Assembly: GCF_035084215.1 (NCBI RefSeq)
Contig: NC_090345.1
Coordinates: 21,266,001 to 21,330,000 of the forward strand
Direction of reading: 5' to 3'
Length of the DNA: 64,000 nt
Source: Heptranchias perlo
Taxonomy: Eukaryota
Shown: in pieces, positions 12,471 through 24,994 of the stretch
Position numbering within the stretch: position 1 is the stretch's first letter
How the letters are laid out: every line of letters begins with the position of its first letter
Position numbers and translations under genes: made by a program
The notes under the pieces: model-generated
Told to the model about the DNA's origin: nothing
Database searches by the model: none
The model's input: only the letters and a program-made list of their open reading frames with translations

Positions 12471-13819
12471 TCTTTAATTCTCCGAAGGCTTGAGTATTGC
12501 CTTGTATTTCAAATATAGGAATGCACATGACCATGAATACTTGAAACAATAGATTTTAATACCAATTTCCATGGACTACTGTGAATAACTGCTCTGGAGA
12601 TTATATTTGATTTTTAAAAATTCTAATAGGAATATTTTAATATGACTACATAGCATACTGAAGGAGGTTACAGTATAGGGACAGGCTCGATGGACCAGCT
12701 AGTCTTTCCCTGTCCGTCTTTTTGTACGTTCGTGTGGATGAGTAGTCATGCTCGGAATTTTAGTTAAAAACCAGCAGATCTCTTACGAAGCTGATCACAA
12801 TAATTTGGTCATTGCTGGAAATAGGAACATCTTGAGGTCAATTTGAGGCCAGTCGATAGGAGATTTCTATATAGATGGGCAGCATCAGTCTTTTTCTCTT
12901 TTAATACACCTTTTTGAAAATGTGACACAGAAATTTGCAAGTGTGATACGTGAAGTGTGACCCACGTCTCCAAATTTTATCTTCTGTGTTGCTTAAGGTA
13001 AGTCGGATGTTATGCCATTTTTTAACAACGTGGAACACATAAACTGGAGCAGTGCTTAAGATGGCCTACCCTTTTTAAGGATGCAAAGTCTAATTTCTAG
13101 ATTTCCTGAGGTTAATTATAGGTGAATTGTTATTAGTAGGTGTTTCTAAATGTCTGACGCCGAATCAGAAGAAATCAGCATGAAATGATCGTCTTTTCTT
13201 TCTCTTGTTTAATAAGTCAAAAAGCTTTCAGTTTACCATTTGAACTTCAGCAACAATGCTGGCGGGCAAAAAATATGTAAAATCATATCAGAACTAGTAA
13301 GTGTGGAGACTGACTATTTGTTGAGTCAAAGGCCAGAGTTAAAGGGCGTAAAGCTGCTGTAATTCTTGAGGCTGAGATATTCAGCATTCTAAGTGAGGAT
13401 CCTTAAAGTTGAGATTGCTTTTCAGTTTAATAAGGGTATCCTGGGTTTCTGCAGCATAGATGTCAATAAAACTGTACTATAAAAGGATTAAATGAGACAT
13501 AATCTGCATAATGCTGAGTAGCCTTGCTGTTGTCAGCCTTGTAATTCTGGGAAGAGGCAAATTTATGGGTTTGGACAAGGTGGAGGAACTTTAAAAGCTT
13601 TGGATGTTGTGTAATCCTATTTTAATTATAACATTAATTACTGCTCTTCAAATTACACTTGTTGAATTTGGTGATGGAAGGAGTAAGTAACTGAAATCCA
13701 TTCTCAACGTTGGAAATGACTAGCAAATCCTTTGCACCTGAGGGCTGCAGGACATCAAATACTACCCTACTATTCAAAAAAGGAGTGAGGCTGTTTCACT
13801 TTTAAAAAAAAAACGCATT

Positions 13820-14345
13820 TACTTCTACCTCAGCCCATCTGCTGCTCAAACCCTTTGTCACCCTCAGACTTGGCTATTCCAATGCTGTACTAACCAGTCT
13901 GCCTTCCTCCACTCTCTGTAAACATCAGCTCATCCAAAACTGTGCTTGACCATGTCCTATCCCACACCATGTTCTATTTGCCCATCATCCTCATCCTTGC
14001 CGACTTACATTGGCTCCCAGTTCCACAATGCATCCAACATAAAATTCTCATCCTTGTGTTTAAATCCCTTCATGCCTCACCTCTCCCTATCTCTGTAACC
14101 ACCTCCAGCTCTACTACCCCCTTCAGAAATCTCTGCACATCCAACACTGGTCTGCTATGCATCCCAGTCGCCGTCCCTTCACTTCACCCCTCCTCCTCTA
14201 TACCTCCTTTAAGACACTCTTTAAAACCCATCTCTTTGACTAAGCTTTTGGTCACCCCTCCTCTATAACTCCTCCTTTTGGTTTGGAGTCTTTTTTTGAT
14301 GCCTCTGTGAAGTGCTTTAAGATTAAAGGTGCTATATCAACACAA
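13820..14345 (+). mobile_element. L2-like LINE 3' fragment
   Basis: LADLHWLPVPQCIQHKILILVFKSLH motif and an L2-type tail (aaaggtgctatat). Confidence 0.85.
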
Positions 14346-15088
14346 GTAGCAGTAGCTGTAGTGATACAGTAGTTGTGGTACAGTAGCAGTAGTATAGTGT
14401 TGGTAGCAGAAGTAGTAATTGTTTTCATGGATTTTGAATCAATAGATTATGCTGCTGGCATTCTTTGATGACTTAATAGGTGAGAGCTGCCCAGCGGATG
14501 TGTAACATACTTGGATTTAAAAAATGAAGCTAGATAAATATCTAGTGGGGAATGAGATTGTAGGTTATAAGGATCATAAGTTTAAACTGAGATGATTAAA
14601 CCAGTGCTGCCCTGTATGGGGAAGAGATTGCTGCAAGTGAAAGGCTACAGGCCAAATTTAAATCATGGAACTGTGAAGGTGGATCAGTATTCTGAACCTT
14701 TTTGCGTATGTTACAGTAGTGATGCCAGTTCAAAAAAATAGTACTTAATAGGCTGTGATGCGCTTTGGGTCATCCCAAAGATGTGAAAGATTCTGTATAA
14801 ATTGAAGGTCTTTCGTCTTTCTTTCTATTTGATGACATAAGGGATCAAGGTGAATTTATGCTTAACTCAGGAAACTGTTCTGTTCTTCCTTATCTTCATG
14901 GCTCACATGGAGTACTGATTCCTTTTTGAAGGAATGAATTGATGCATCAGTTGCTTTTGCTGGAAATCTGTTGCACATATCCACTATCCTGTGGTGGAAA
15001 AAAGTTTCTTCTCACCATGGTCTTGCTTGAAGCTTGTTACTTTTCAAACCTGTAGCCACTTGTTCTATGTTCAGTGTCTAGAGATTAG

Positions 15089-15331
15089 GGGGGTGATTTT
15101 AAACCCCAAGAACGGGTGGGTTGGGGCCAGGTGGGAGTTGAAAATAGCTGTTTTTTGGGTCGCGACTGCAACCCGGCTTTATTTCCGGGTTTAACGTCTG
15201 CGCGGAAAAGTACAGGCTTTGCATTGGGAATGCAAAGTAAGGAAATTTTGCGGTTGTGATCCAAAAAAACAACTATTTTCAACTCCCACCTGCCCCCAAC
15301 CCACCCGTTCTTGGGGTTTAAAATAACCCCC
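15089..15331. mobile_element. MITE (243 bp, ~80-bp TIRs), probably Harbinger/Tourist type
   Basis: The left arm GGGGGTGATTTTAAACCCCAAGAACGGGTGGG... is the near-perfect reverse complement of the right arm ...CCCACCCGTTCTTGGGGTTTAAAATAACCCCC. Flanks are TAG and TGG. Confidence 0.88.
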
Positions 15332-15689
15332 TGGATTTCAAGCCTTACCTGAGAGGGATGGAAGGAGAGCCAACAGTGTGTGACAGAATTATTATCATTT
15401 AGAATCCTTAATTAAATAGATAATCACAGCCTCTCTCCTGAACAATGGAGAAATGACAATGGATTCATCTTAATATAGTGCTGTTTCAAATATCCAGACA
15501 GGAAAATTACTTCTGTTTTAAATGGTGCAGTGCTCAGTTCTTTGCTGTTTATCTTAAGTGATTAAAAAATTCAGCAAATCAGAGTGACAATTTTTACTTA
15601 ACCGCAATGTAGTGTTACATGACTATCCTTGCAACTCTTAGATTCAGTTCCTGCCAGCTCTTGGACAAGTTTTGGTCATTCTCTCTACT

Positions 15690-15985
15690 CCGGTACTTGC
15701 TCCTCCTTCGAGCTTGTTCCACCCCTCTCTCCTTTCCTTTAACACCATCATTGTTTATCAACCCCAAACCCCATCCCAGACTTCTCACTGACGTATCCTC
15801 CCTCCTGTCCTCCCCCAGCCTCTGCAAAGAGCTACTCCTAATCCTTGGTGATCTCAATCTTTATCTCAGCTGTCCTTGCCCCCTCTCCTCTGAATTCACT
15901 GACCTCCTGTTCTCCCTAAACCTCTCCGTCCATATTCGCTCCTCTACCCATAGCCACGGCCACTGCCTCAATTTTGTCAGCCACT
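15690..15985 (+). mobile_element. L2-like LINE endonuclease fragment
   Basis: LLILGDLNL...THSHGHCLN, an APE-domain motif in C-rich L2-type sequence. Confidence 0.7.
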
Positions 15986-17556
15986 GTAAATCTAGTTAGA
16001 ATTGAATAATTTACTGTTTTCCCAAAGTGTCTCATTTAGTCCTTGTGTGCAGAAATTGTTAGTGTTTCAACTTCTCAGACCAGAACACCAAATGGAAATG
16101 CATTTGAAATGTTTTAACTAAAATGTGAGAGGATTATAAGATTATTCTTGGGTTGTTCTGAAAATGCCATCTTGTATGGGTGTTGTGTCAATTCACTGTA
16201 TGCGAAGTGTTTTGAGACATTTCTGAGGGATGCGATAAGGAGCTATGAAAATGTATTATTTCCTTTATTCTTTCAATTGTATGTGACTGCTTATTGGCTT
16301 TGCAGTGTAACTGTGCAGCAGCAGAAATGATCCTGCCCACTTCTAGAGAGGGTCCATATAAATCCTAATTATCCTAATTTTTGATAGACTTGCTAAAACT
16401 CTCTATTTTGCATAACATATTTCCATTTGATCTATGTCTGACATTTCAGCAAAATAGGAAAAATGTTGTTTAAATTATGTTCTTTGCAGTTGATACATGA
16501 CTATAATTGCCTTTCACACTATTTTCATCAGCTTTTTTCAAAAATTCGGTCGTGAAATCTTAATCTTCATTTGCATCACATTTTTAAAACCACAATTTTT
16601 CAGTCCATTTTAATCCTGTAATTCCACAGTAGTAAATAACTGCTATTATAAGGAGGGTGTTAAAACACTGCAGTGGCACTTTTGAGCAGTCACATAGCCA
16701 CAGGGGCACATGGATGACCTGTATCAACTGGAAATAGTTTGTTATGTTATCTGATTTTCTTACAATCTCTTGCAATGAATATTGGCATTTTTTAAATCAA
16801 AAGAAGCAACTTACCTATAAATGTGTCCTACTGATAGAATGCTAGGAACTGGTTTGGTGTGTATGAGAAAAGTTCAATGAAAATCCACTGATCAAATTGT
16901 TGATATGACTTGATTTCATTTCCAGGCTGATTGCACTATTGATTGCATTACTTCCAGCAAAATACTGAAGCCTGCTCCAACGTGGTTGCAAAATGTCATC
17001 ACCCTTACTTACCAACTTAACACTGTCAACCTGGAAATGATTAAATTCACCCTAATGGCTTTGTAGGCAAATACAGCATATACTGAGTCCCACAGATCAA
17101 GAAGGTTTCAATTCAGTTTGTGCTGAATTAGCTGATTTCAGCCTGGATAGTGGCGATGATGCTGTAATTGGCCACATCCCGAGTGAGGGAGGAATATGCT
17201 ACAGCTCCAGATCCTGATTGCTATCCTGTAACTCTAGTTCAGGGGTGGCCAACTTTTCAAAGTTGATGAGGCAGAATAAAAATTAGATACTGTTAAAGTT
17301 TTATATGTAGTGTACTGGTATGCTCACTGGTATTCTTAATTAACTACGAATATACAACACAAGAAATTTTGACAACTAGCCCATCAATGTGACTTTTGAC
17401 CAGCTTTGTTTTCAACTATCTGGATTGTATGCTCTCATTCCTTCTCTCATGTCTCCTCCCAGTCTTATATTCTCCTGTCTTTTTCCGTATCAGCCCCATT
17501 CATTCCCTTTCTATTTCATATTTCTCTCAAGCCCTCTCTCATTCCTTTTCTCCTAG

Positions 17557-17712
17557 TTTAACATCTCAATCAAAAGGTGACATCTCCGACAGTGCTGCAC
17601 TCCCTCAGCACTGCACTGAAATGTCAGACTAGATTTTGTGCTCATGTCTGGATTGTGACTTGAACTCACAACTTTCTGATTCAGAGGTGAGAGTGCGACC
17701 ACTGAGCCAAGG
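17557..17712 (-). mobile_element. tRNA-derived SINE 5' part (SacSINE1/DeuSINE-like)
   Basis: Minus-strand A box TGGCTCAGTGG and B-box-like GAGTTCAAGTC; homologous to 56100-56262. Confidence 0.75.
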
Positions 17713-17721
17713 GCCTTCCTC

Positions 17722-17850
17722 GGGGTATTGGACCTGAAACGTCAACTGAATGACTTCCTTTTCTCCACAGATGCTGCCTGACCTTAGTGTTTTCAGCTTT
17801 TTTCTGTTTTTGTTTTTAGATTTCCAACATCTGCAATATTTTGTTTTTTA
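17722..17850 (+). mobile_element. Penelope-derived terminal repeat fragment
   Basis: gacctgaaacgtcaac...ccacagatgctgcctgacc...tttccaacatctgca is the 3' half of a hammerhead-like motif plus PLE-type tail. A related reverse copy lies near 30900-30990. Confidence 0.55.
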
Positions 17851-18319
17851 TTTTAAAAAGTTTATTGGTATGCTTTTTAAAAATGGTATGTTGGTATTCT
17901 GAAAGCTTCGAGTAGTTGGGCTCAGTTTTTATTAGCTTTACATGGATTGTTCTGAAATAACTAATGACTCCATTAACAGTAAAGCTATTGGCAACTGGTT
18001 GTAAATATGTTAACTGCTGACTTTATATTTTGGAGGTGCATTAATATGTTCTCATTAAAAAGGCATCTATTTAGTTTGAATTCAGTATGTAGTAATGGAC
18101 CAGCAAGTGTAAGAATGTTAGTGATATTCTTGCAGTGCTTCTCCTTCTCCAAGGGGTCATATTGATGCATGAGTTTGTCTGAATTGGGCACTAATTTTTC
18201 CTAGGGAATTCTCTTCTGTATTGGTGGAAATAATTCCTGCTTACAACTTTTCTCAGAATTTTTGCGCAGTATTTTAAAAAAAGTGTTGGATGCTCTCCTG
18301 ATGGCTCCAAGTCTATATA

Positions 18320-18750
18320 GTGAACTGCTGAACATAAAGACTTGGGAGATCCCAGGCTTGATCCCAAGCCTCTACTGATTTAACTGATCTCAGCTAGAGC
18401 CGGAATAGGGGAACTACAATTGACTTCAGCTTCCCTGAGGTGGGGGTGGGGGTGGGGGGGTGGTTAGGTGGGAAGGACAAGGGGGAGATAGTAGAAGAAC
18501 GTGATTGGGAATTTGCATTCCTAATTGCTATGTGGTAAACTATTTTGTAGGTGCATGTGTATGAATGCTAGGCTAGGACAGAATCTAGCTAGGCTTTGAT
18601 GCTCCCTTATAATGAAATAGCCTGCCAACACTCATGTCGAGGCTCACGAGCGAATAGCCATCATTGGGTGAGGTACAGTTGGGCAACTGGTGCCCAAGGA
18701 GCCATATCACAGCATGGAGTCAGTGCTCTTGAGAGGAGGGGAGAAAATGT
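18320..18750 (+). mobile_element. Unclassified SINE-like repeat (other fragments at ~17085-17235, ~24200-24450, ~56790-56950)
   Basis: Four mutually similar segments (B-box-like caggttcgattcc, gctgatctcagc, acaattggcctc, ggacaggattggg) are visible within the window. Confidence 0.6.
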
Positions 18751-20692
18751 AAAAATAAATAGTATAGATATTGTATTTAGCATCGCATTAATTTTAAAAC
18801 TTATACAAAATTAAACTGCCATGTGGTATTCACAAAACGAAGCAGAATAATACCCATTCAGCTCACGACAGTGCCTTGCTCATGATGTTTGTCTTATATC
18901 GCTGCAGTCCATTACAGTATTCACTTTTTTAGGTTTCATACATGTGTATATCTTGGCACTGTTGAGTATCATTAAAAATACAGTAAAATTGAGATTTTCT
19001 ATAAATAAGAATTGTACTGGGGACTAAGCTTTGTGTGGCCATAATTATATGTCATTTTTTTGGGGGGGGGGGAACAGTTTACTGATTGTAGGCATGTTAA
19101 GAAATTATTAATAGCTTAATGGATCATAATTCTGATCTTGTTTGTAAACCAGGCAGTGTCTTTCCCCCATACCCTTTCATAAATTGATCAGGACCAATTT
19201 CACATTTTTAAAAAAATTCTTAACTCCTGTGGAACTTGGTGGTTAAGCCTAGTTTGCTGTGTTTGAAGTAGAAAATTGTATTTGCTATGTGAGCAGTTTG
19301 TTCAATTATATCCTCTGTTTACTTGAGCTGTATCATGTTAACTTCCGATTCAACCTGTGCCATTCACTGGCATTTTGAGGGTCTGACTACTTTTACAGGA
19401 GACATAAGATGCACATGCACTAAACAAATTCTCAGATGCCCTTCAAGAAAATACTTTCACGATGCAGTTGCTGCAGTCCATTTCATGGAGAGTAAGATAG
19501 TGGGAAATTGTGTAGCTGATGACGTTTTAGTGCTGATGTTTAGAGTTGGCATTTCAGGATGCTGATTTCCCTTTGCCGTGTCACTTTCTGTCAAGGTGGA
19601 ATTTAGTTCTCTTTTGTTTGCTAGGTATAGTATCATTGCATTTTGGTGATGCAATTATGATATTCCCAAAAGCTGATCAATCAGAAGTTGGAAAATGAAA
19701 ATGAGGTGTACAGTAAACTGATACCCAACAGATGTGATTTCTGGTAGCACAGGTAGTGGTGATCAGTAATAATCAACAATAATTTGTTGTGTTTTTAGAT
19801 GGCACTCGAATACACGAGCACTGTAATTAAATGATTAATCAATTTTCATGTTCAAGGCCAGACACAGAAGGAAGTGGGGTTAGAGGGACCCATTACACTT
19901 TTTTCTTATAGCCAGCACTCGGTTGCGAATGGAAGCAGTTTCAGGCAGAATGCAAGCACACGTGCTGGATAACAGGCAACACTAAGAGGAGCTGAAAAAT
20001 TCAAGCATACTTAGATTGCATACACAAGTCTTATAGCAAGTTATCACAAATGCCTAAAAGTGGCCCAATTCATGATTCCGTGGTATCATTGGGGAGCTCA
20101 TCATGAAATTTGGGTCATTTAACCACTGATGCGGTGGGAAATGCAGGACTGGAACAGATCCTGGTTAGGACAATGTACTGATTTGATATATTAATGTGGA
20201 GAAAAATATTATTGGAATTTCATGTAAAAGAGCCTGTCTTTTAGCGGAAAGAAAGAGAGAGAACTTTAAAGAATAAATTCTCTCTTTCTCCAACCACCCA
20301 AGCATTGGCATTGAAATAACTCCTGGAAGTGTTAAGACAGATGGTGAATTATTGAGCAATAAGTCGAGAAATTTGAGTCTATGGCAGTGATCATGAGAGA
20401 CCAAACATGCCATGTGACTGAATTGGCATATTGCATCCAATCAGTATTAAAGGGGGAAGGCTAACTACAATAGAAATGATACTGGTTTTGGATGAAGTAC
20501 CCTAGAACAGAATGTGAATTTTGCAAGATTCAGTTGTACATTGAGTGCACCTCACCCTTAATTTCTCAGTTTTGAGGAAAGAGAGGAGGATGGAAGCCAT
20601 GTAACCTCACACCTATGGCTCTCTGCACATTTTTTGCAGCCTCAAAGAAGGGCCTTTTCTTATCATGCTGGAACTTGGGCCATTCTTATGCC

Positions 20693-20907
20693 ATGATGTG
20701 GAGATGCCGGTGATGGACTGGGGTGGACAAATGTAAGGACTTGCACAACACCAGGTTATAGTCCAACAGTTTTATTTTAAATCACAAGCTTTCGGAGCTT
20801 ACCTCCTTCGTCAGGTGAGTCACCTGACGAAGAGGGTAAGCTCCGAAGCTTGTGATTTAAAATAAAACTGTTGGACTATAACCTGGTGTTGTACAAGTCC
20901 TTACATT
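20693..20907. mobile_element. Penelope-like element remnant: inverted pLTR palindrome with TSD
   Basis: Two ~88-bp arms (20730-20818 and 20820-20907) with a 1-nt spacer. The direct repeat cattcttatgcc flanks it at 20681-20692 and 20904-20915. Confidence 0.8.
20782..20818 (-). ncRNA. Minimal type I hammerhead ribozyme motif (PLE type)
   Basis: Minus strand reads UCAC-CUGACGA-A-GGAG(guaag)CUCC-GAAA-GCUU-GUGA: conserved core, 4-bp stem II, 4-bp stem I and a palindromic AGCU stem III. Activity is untested. Confidence 0.65.
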
Positions 20908-22526
20908 CTTATGCCGTTCAGTTTTCACCTGGAAAGATATGGGTCAGTTTACCTCTTACTTTAACTCTTATACCTCGTATTGGTTTGCCAGCAGTTAAGC
21001 CTAACTGTCACTGTGGCTGGATGAAAATCATTTTTACTTCATCTTTGAATGAAACATCACAAAAGGATCCACACAGATCAGTTAGTAAGAGTTCTATGTT
21101 CTTTAAAGTCCTGGAGTAATCATCCATTTTCACTTTTCTGCATATGCTCTTCTGCCTAGTGAGCTGCAAAAAATTACTAACAGCATAGCAGGCTCTACTT
21201 TAATTTCTTTAAGTCCTTTCTGATGCAGTTAATCTGATTTATCAGTCTTTCAGTTCTCATTTTTTAATGGTCATTCCATTGAGACCCATCCGTTCCATGG
21301 AGCCTTGTTTATCACCTACCCTCTAGTTACTGGATTGGGAATACAACAAATTTTTATTATGTAATTGTTAGGTTAAAAAAAAACTATTGTGAGGAAAAAA
21401 AGCATAATTTGTGCCCTACTGTTTTGCTATCCTCACTATCTTCATTTTCCCAGCCTTAAGAGAGTGCAAGGACTAATGTTTTTAATTACAGGACTAAAAC
21501 AAAAGCTGCTTTATTTATATATTTGGATTTTAAAATATCTAGAACAATTGTTTTATGATTGTGCTGTAACATCCAATTTTATTTTAACATTACAAGGATG
21601 ATAAAGCTTGCACCATCTTACCCTGTGCTGCAGAATGCAGGTGATATTTACTTCCCGGGTCAATCATTTTTGTCTGTTTTTGTACTCACTTTTTATTTCA
21701 AGCATATTTACAGAAGGTTGAGAGCAAGAGTAGATAAAAAACCTTGTGCAATCTCACTAAACGTCCAAGGGGCATTTATGAGTTCCATTGCCAGATGAGG
21801 ACCTTACATCTTATATTTTGCGAGAAAACAGAACCATATTGGCTGAAAATTAATTGGTCAGTTTGTCTTACAGGGTGTACACGCTGCACTTGTAGTCCTA
21901 CTGATATCTTACCTACATCTTGATGCACAATGTTTTTATGTCCTTCCAGAGATCCTTCTGCCTAGAATTATGGCATATTTTATGTTTTCATAATTGGGTT
22001 CAGCCTTCAAATTTCTTCAGAGCAGTTTTTTTTTAAAACTGTAAATTTTATGGGCTAGTTTTGTTAAGATTGCGTTTTTTTGTACAATAGCAAATTACAA
22101 TTTGGATGCTAACTGCTACAGCTCAATAGTCAAAACTATACCTTCGGCTCAGTGCTTTTTCAGACAGTTTTAAAAATTAGTGTTTTTTCACATTCAAATC
22201 TATCTGGTATGCTGTACATAATACCTGACTGCTGACAGTGTGTATATTATAACTGTAAATTGATTCTGTTCAGTTTCACATTTATGTTTTCCAATTTCAG
22301 CTTTGAAATTTTGGTGACTGGATCATTGACATGAGTTTTTTGGTTTGGGCTAGTTTTTCCACTACCTCTAACAAAGCTGCAGTTTTCCTTCCCTAGTGCA
22401 GCTGAGAAATTATATTGAATCTGTTTATATTGTATTTATATTGAATTCACTCCATAGAGCAGTTCATCTTGTATTTTTTGAATTTTTTTAACAACTTTTT
22501 AAATGAATTTTTGTTTATTTTTGCAG

Positions 22527-22629
22527 TTGGATCCTGTGGCATATAGGATAGAGCCCATGATTCTCCCTGATTTGGGCATAAAACCAGTTCTTGTTCCACA
22601 TCACAAAGGCAGAAAGAGACTACATCTTG
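22527..22629 (+). CDS. SEC23IP: SEC23IP exon ([34 protein letters not shown])
   Basis: ttttgcag acceptor and G|GTAAGC donor; 103 nt, phase 0/1. Carries the first D of DDHD in DPVAYR. Not present in the ORF track. Confidence 0.96.
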
Positions 22630-24994
22630 GTAAGCCAGTTCTTTTTACATTTATTGCGTGAGGTCCTGCAAATTTAATCCAGTTTATTTGAACATAAATT
22701 TTGAGGTGTGAAACAGAAGGGTAATCAAAATATAACTTGTAATTATCATATAAAAAGTTTACTTTCTAGAAAGTGAATTTTACATGTATAAATACTTACA
22801 TATTTTACACATATATTCACCAAAGTGATCCATGGTTAAGTTTATAACAACTGTAGCCTTTAGTTTTCATTATTGATTACAGAGTAATATGATTTTTTTT
22901 CCTGACTTGGATTCTTTCTCTTTGAAGTGTGAATGTACCACATCCACCATGACTTCCCTCAACATGAGAAAAAAATATATTGTCTCAAACCAATCAATAA
23001 TTTTCTGAACTACAGTAATTGTCTTGATTAAATTTGGAGTAGAACTACAGTGGTTACAGTCTTCTAAACTATCTACATTTATCTGTATACATGTGCATGT
23101 GTTTTGTATGTCACTTCAGATGTCAGACTTTTCTATTGAAAAACTTGTGCCATGTCTGCTCCTAATTACCTCAAATTTACCTCAAAGGGGCAGCATGTAG
23201 ATGAGAAAGAAGAGGTGACCAATCTATGAATTCTTGGGGAACTTGAGAGTAAATGGTGCAGGGGTGGGAAGAAAATCTATTGCTGCAGATGTTTTGGTGG
23301 GTTAGGTATGAGCAGAATCAAGGGAGGGCAGTCCCACTGAGCTGAACAATGGAAGAGATGTATTTGAGGAGAATGTTGTAGTTGATCGTGCCAAAATCAT
23401 GATCAGACAAAATTCCATACCCTGCAACTCACCATGAGCAATGATGGAAGATCCACGAGTAACATTATAAAAGTCGTACGATCGCCTACATTTTTTTATA
23501 ATGTTAACACTTGAAGTGTCACTCCAAGATCACCGTAAAGGGCAAAAACAATCCCAGAGGCTTCCTCTTAATGTCCCTCCTATTCCCACCACCGTCATCC
23601 TCCCCTCAACCGGCAAGTACGAGGAGTTTATGAACGTTTTTGTCCGGCCCGCCACGTGATCAGTGGCGCACGTACAAAATTCCTAAGTCACTAATATTGA
23701 TCCAAGTGGAAAAAAGTTAAAAATATCTTTTACAACTGATCAAAGTCAGAATGGCCTGAAAATGATTAATTTTGCATTTTAAAAAAATACTGAATGAAAA
23801 TGCTATATGTTTGAATGCGTTGCATTTTCAAGGTTGCCTTAGATTATATAAATTTAGTATACTAATTAGCTGCTTCTATTAAAGGCTGTTATAGCACAGT
23901 AGTACAGAATATTGGTGTACCAGTTTACTGTGCCATAAAATGTTGGTTTCTCCCCCAAATCTCTACGCAGAGTCCTAACCTTGGCCGAGAGCATTCCTTA
24001 GTGCAGGAGTGCTGCTTTTTTCATGGCGGGGAGGGGGAGGAAGAGAAATGAATATCACATTTTCCCAGTCCACTAATGTGCACTTTTTTGTATTGGCAGA
24101 GTCCAAAAATAGGTCAGTTGCCTGGCCCTTTATGTGATGCAGGTGTAGCCCAAAAAGTGGAATAGAAAAAGTGAATATTGGGGGTAGGGGGAGAGCTCCC
24201 TGATGGTTTAGTACATTACATGGTGTGATACTGAGGTATACAAACCAGATAGGTGCCAGGTTCAAATTCTGGTCTTTTATGATTTAGGTGATCTCATGGG
24301 ATAAGTCTACTGTTGGCATCAGCAGTCCCCACTGTAGGAGGGAGACAAAAATCAGTTAGGGGTCCCAGTGCCAATCACTGTCTGTGCTTGAAGTGGATGT
24401 TTGTGGACATCACATAAAGACAGGATTGGGATGGACTGTGGTATCCTACTCCCTCTTCAAAAAAACTGAGGAAGAGAAAATGTAGGAAATTGGCAGTAAA
24501 TATCCTATTGCAATACAAAGAAGTGAATGTTATGTTTGTCACTTTTAATTTGAACTAAATATGTCTGAAATGAAACACACTTCATAGACAAACTATCATG
24601 TGCAAAGAATCTGTGCAATCAAAAATGTATTTTTTCACCACCAAGGGGGGATTTGGTTAAACATAAATATAATGTTTATGAGGTAGTTAAAGTTAAATAG
24701 CGCTGCTGTTCCCATTGTTAGCTAAATGACAACTGAAATATCGACGTATACAGAATTACAATTATTGCCCTGTCACAACAGCAGGCTGCTTTGTGTCATT
24801 TTCAGTAACATTTGAGCAATTTATTGGAGGTTAGGAAAATAAAATCAAATAGATCTAACCCTTGAGGCTGAGCTGATGCAGTAGAACTTTATTTTCTAAT
24901 AATTTTTTTTTATTAAACTCACCTACTCCAGTCGCAATGAGTGTTAGCAAATGTTTTAAAACACTATTGAATCAGTTTCTGCTAAACAAGATAA

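Noticed and set aside
19300-20520. Possible ancient minus-strand LINE (FLDLLLNNSP resembles an APE motif); similar vague patches at 47550-47900 and 53820-54760
   Set aside because: Too degenerate to support without a profile search.
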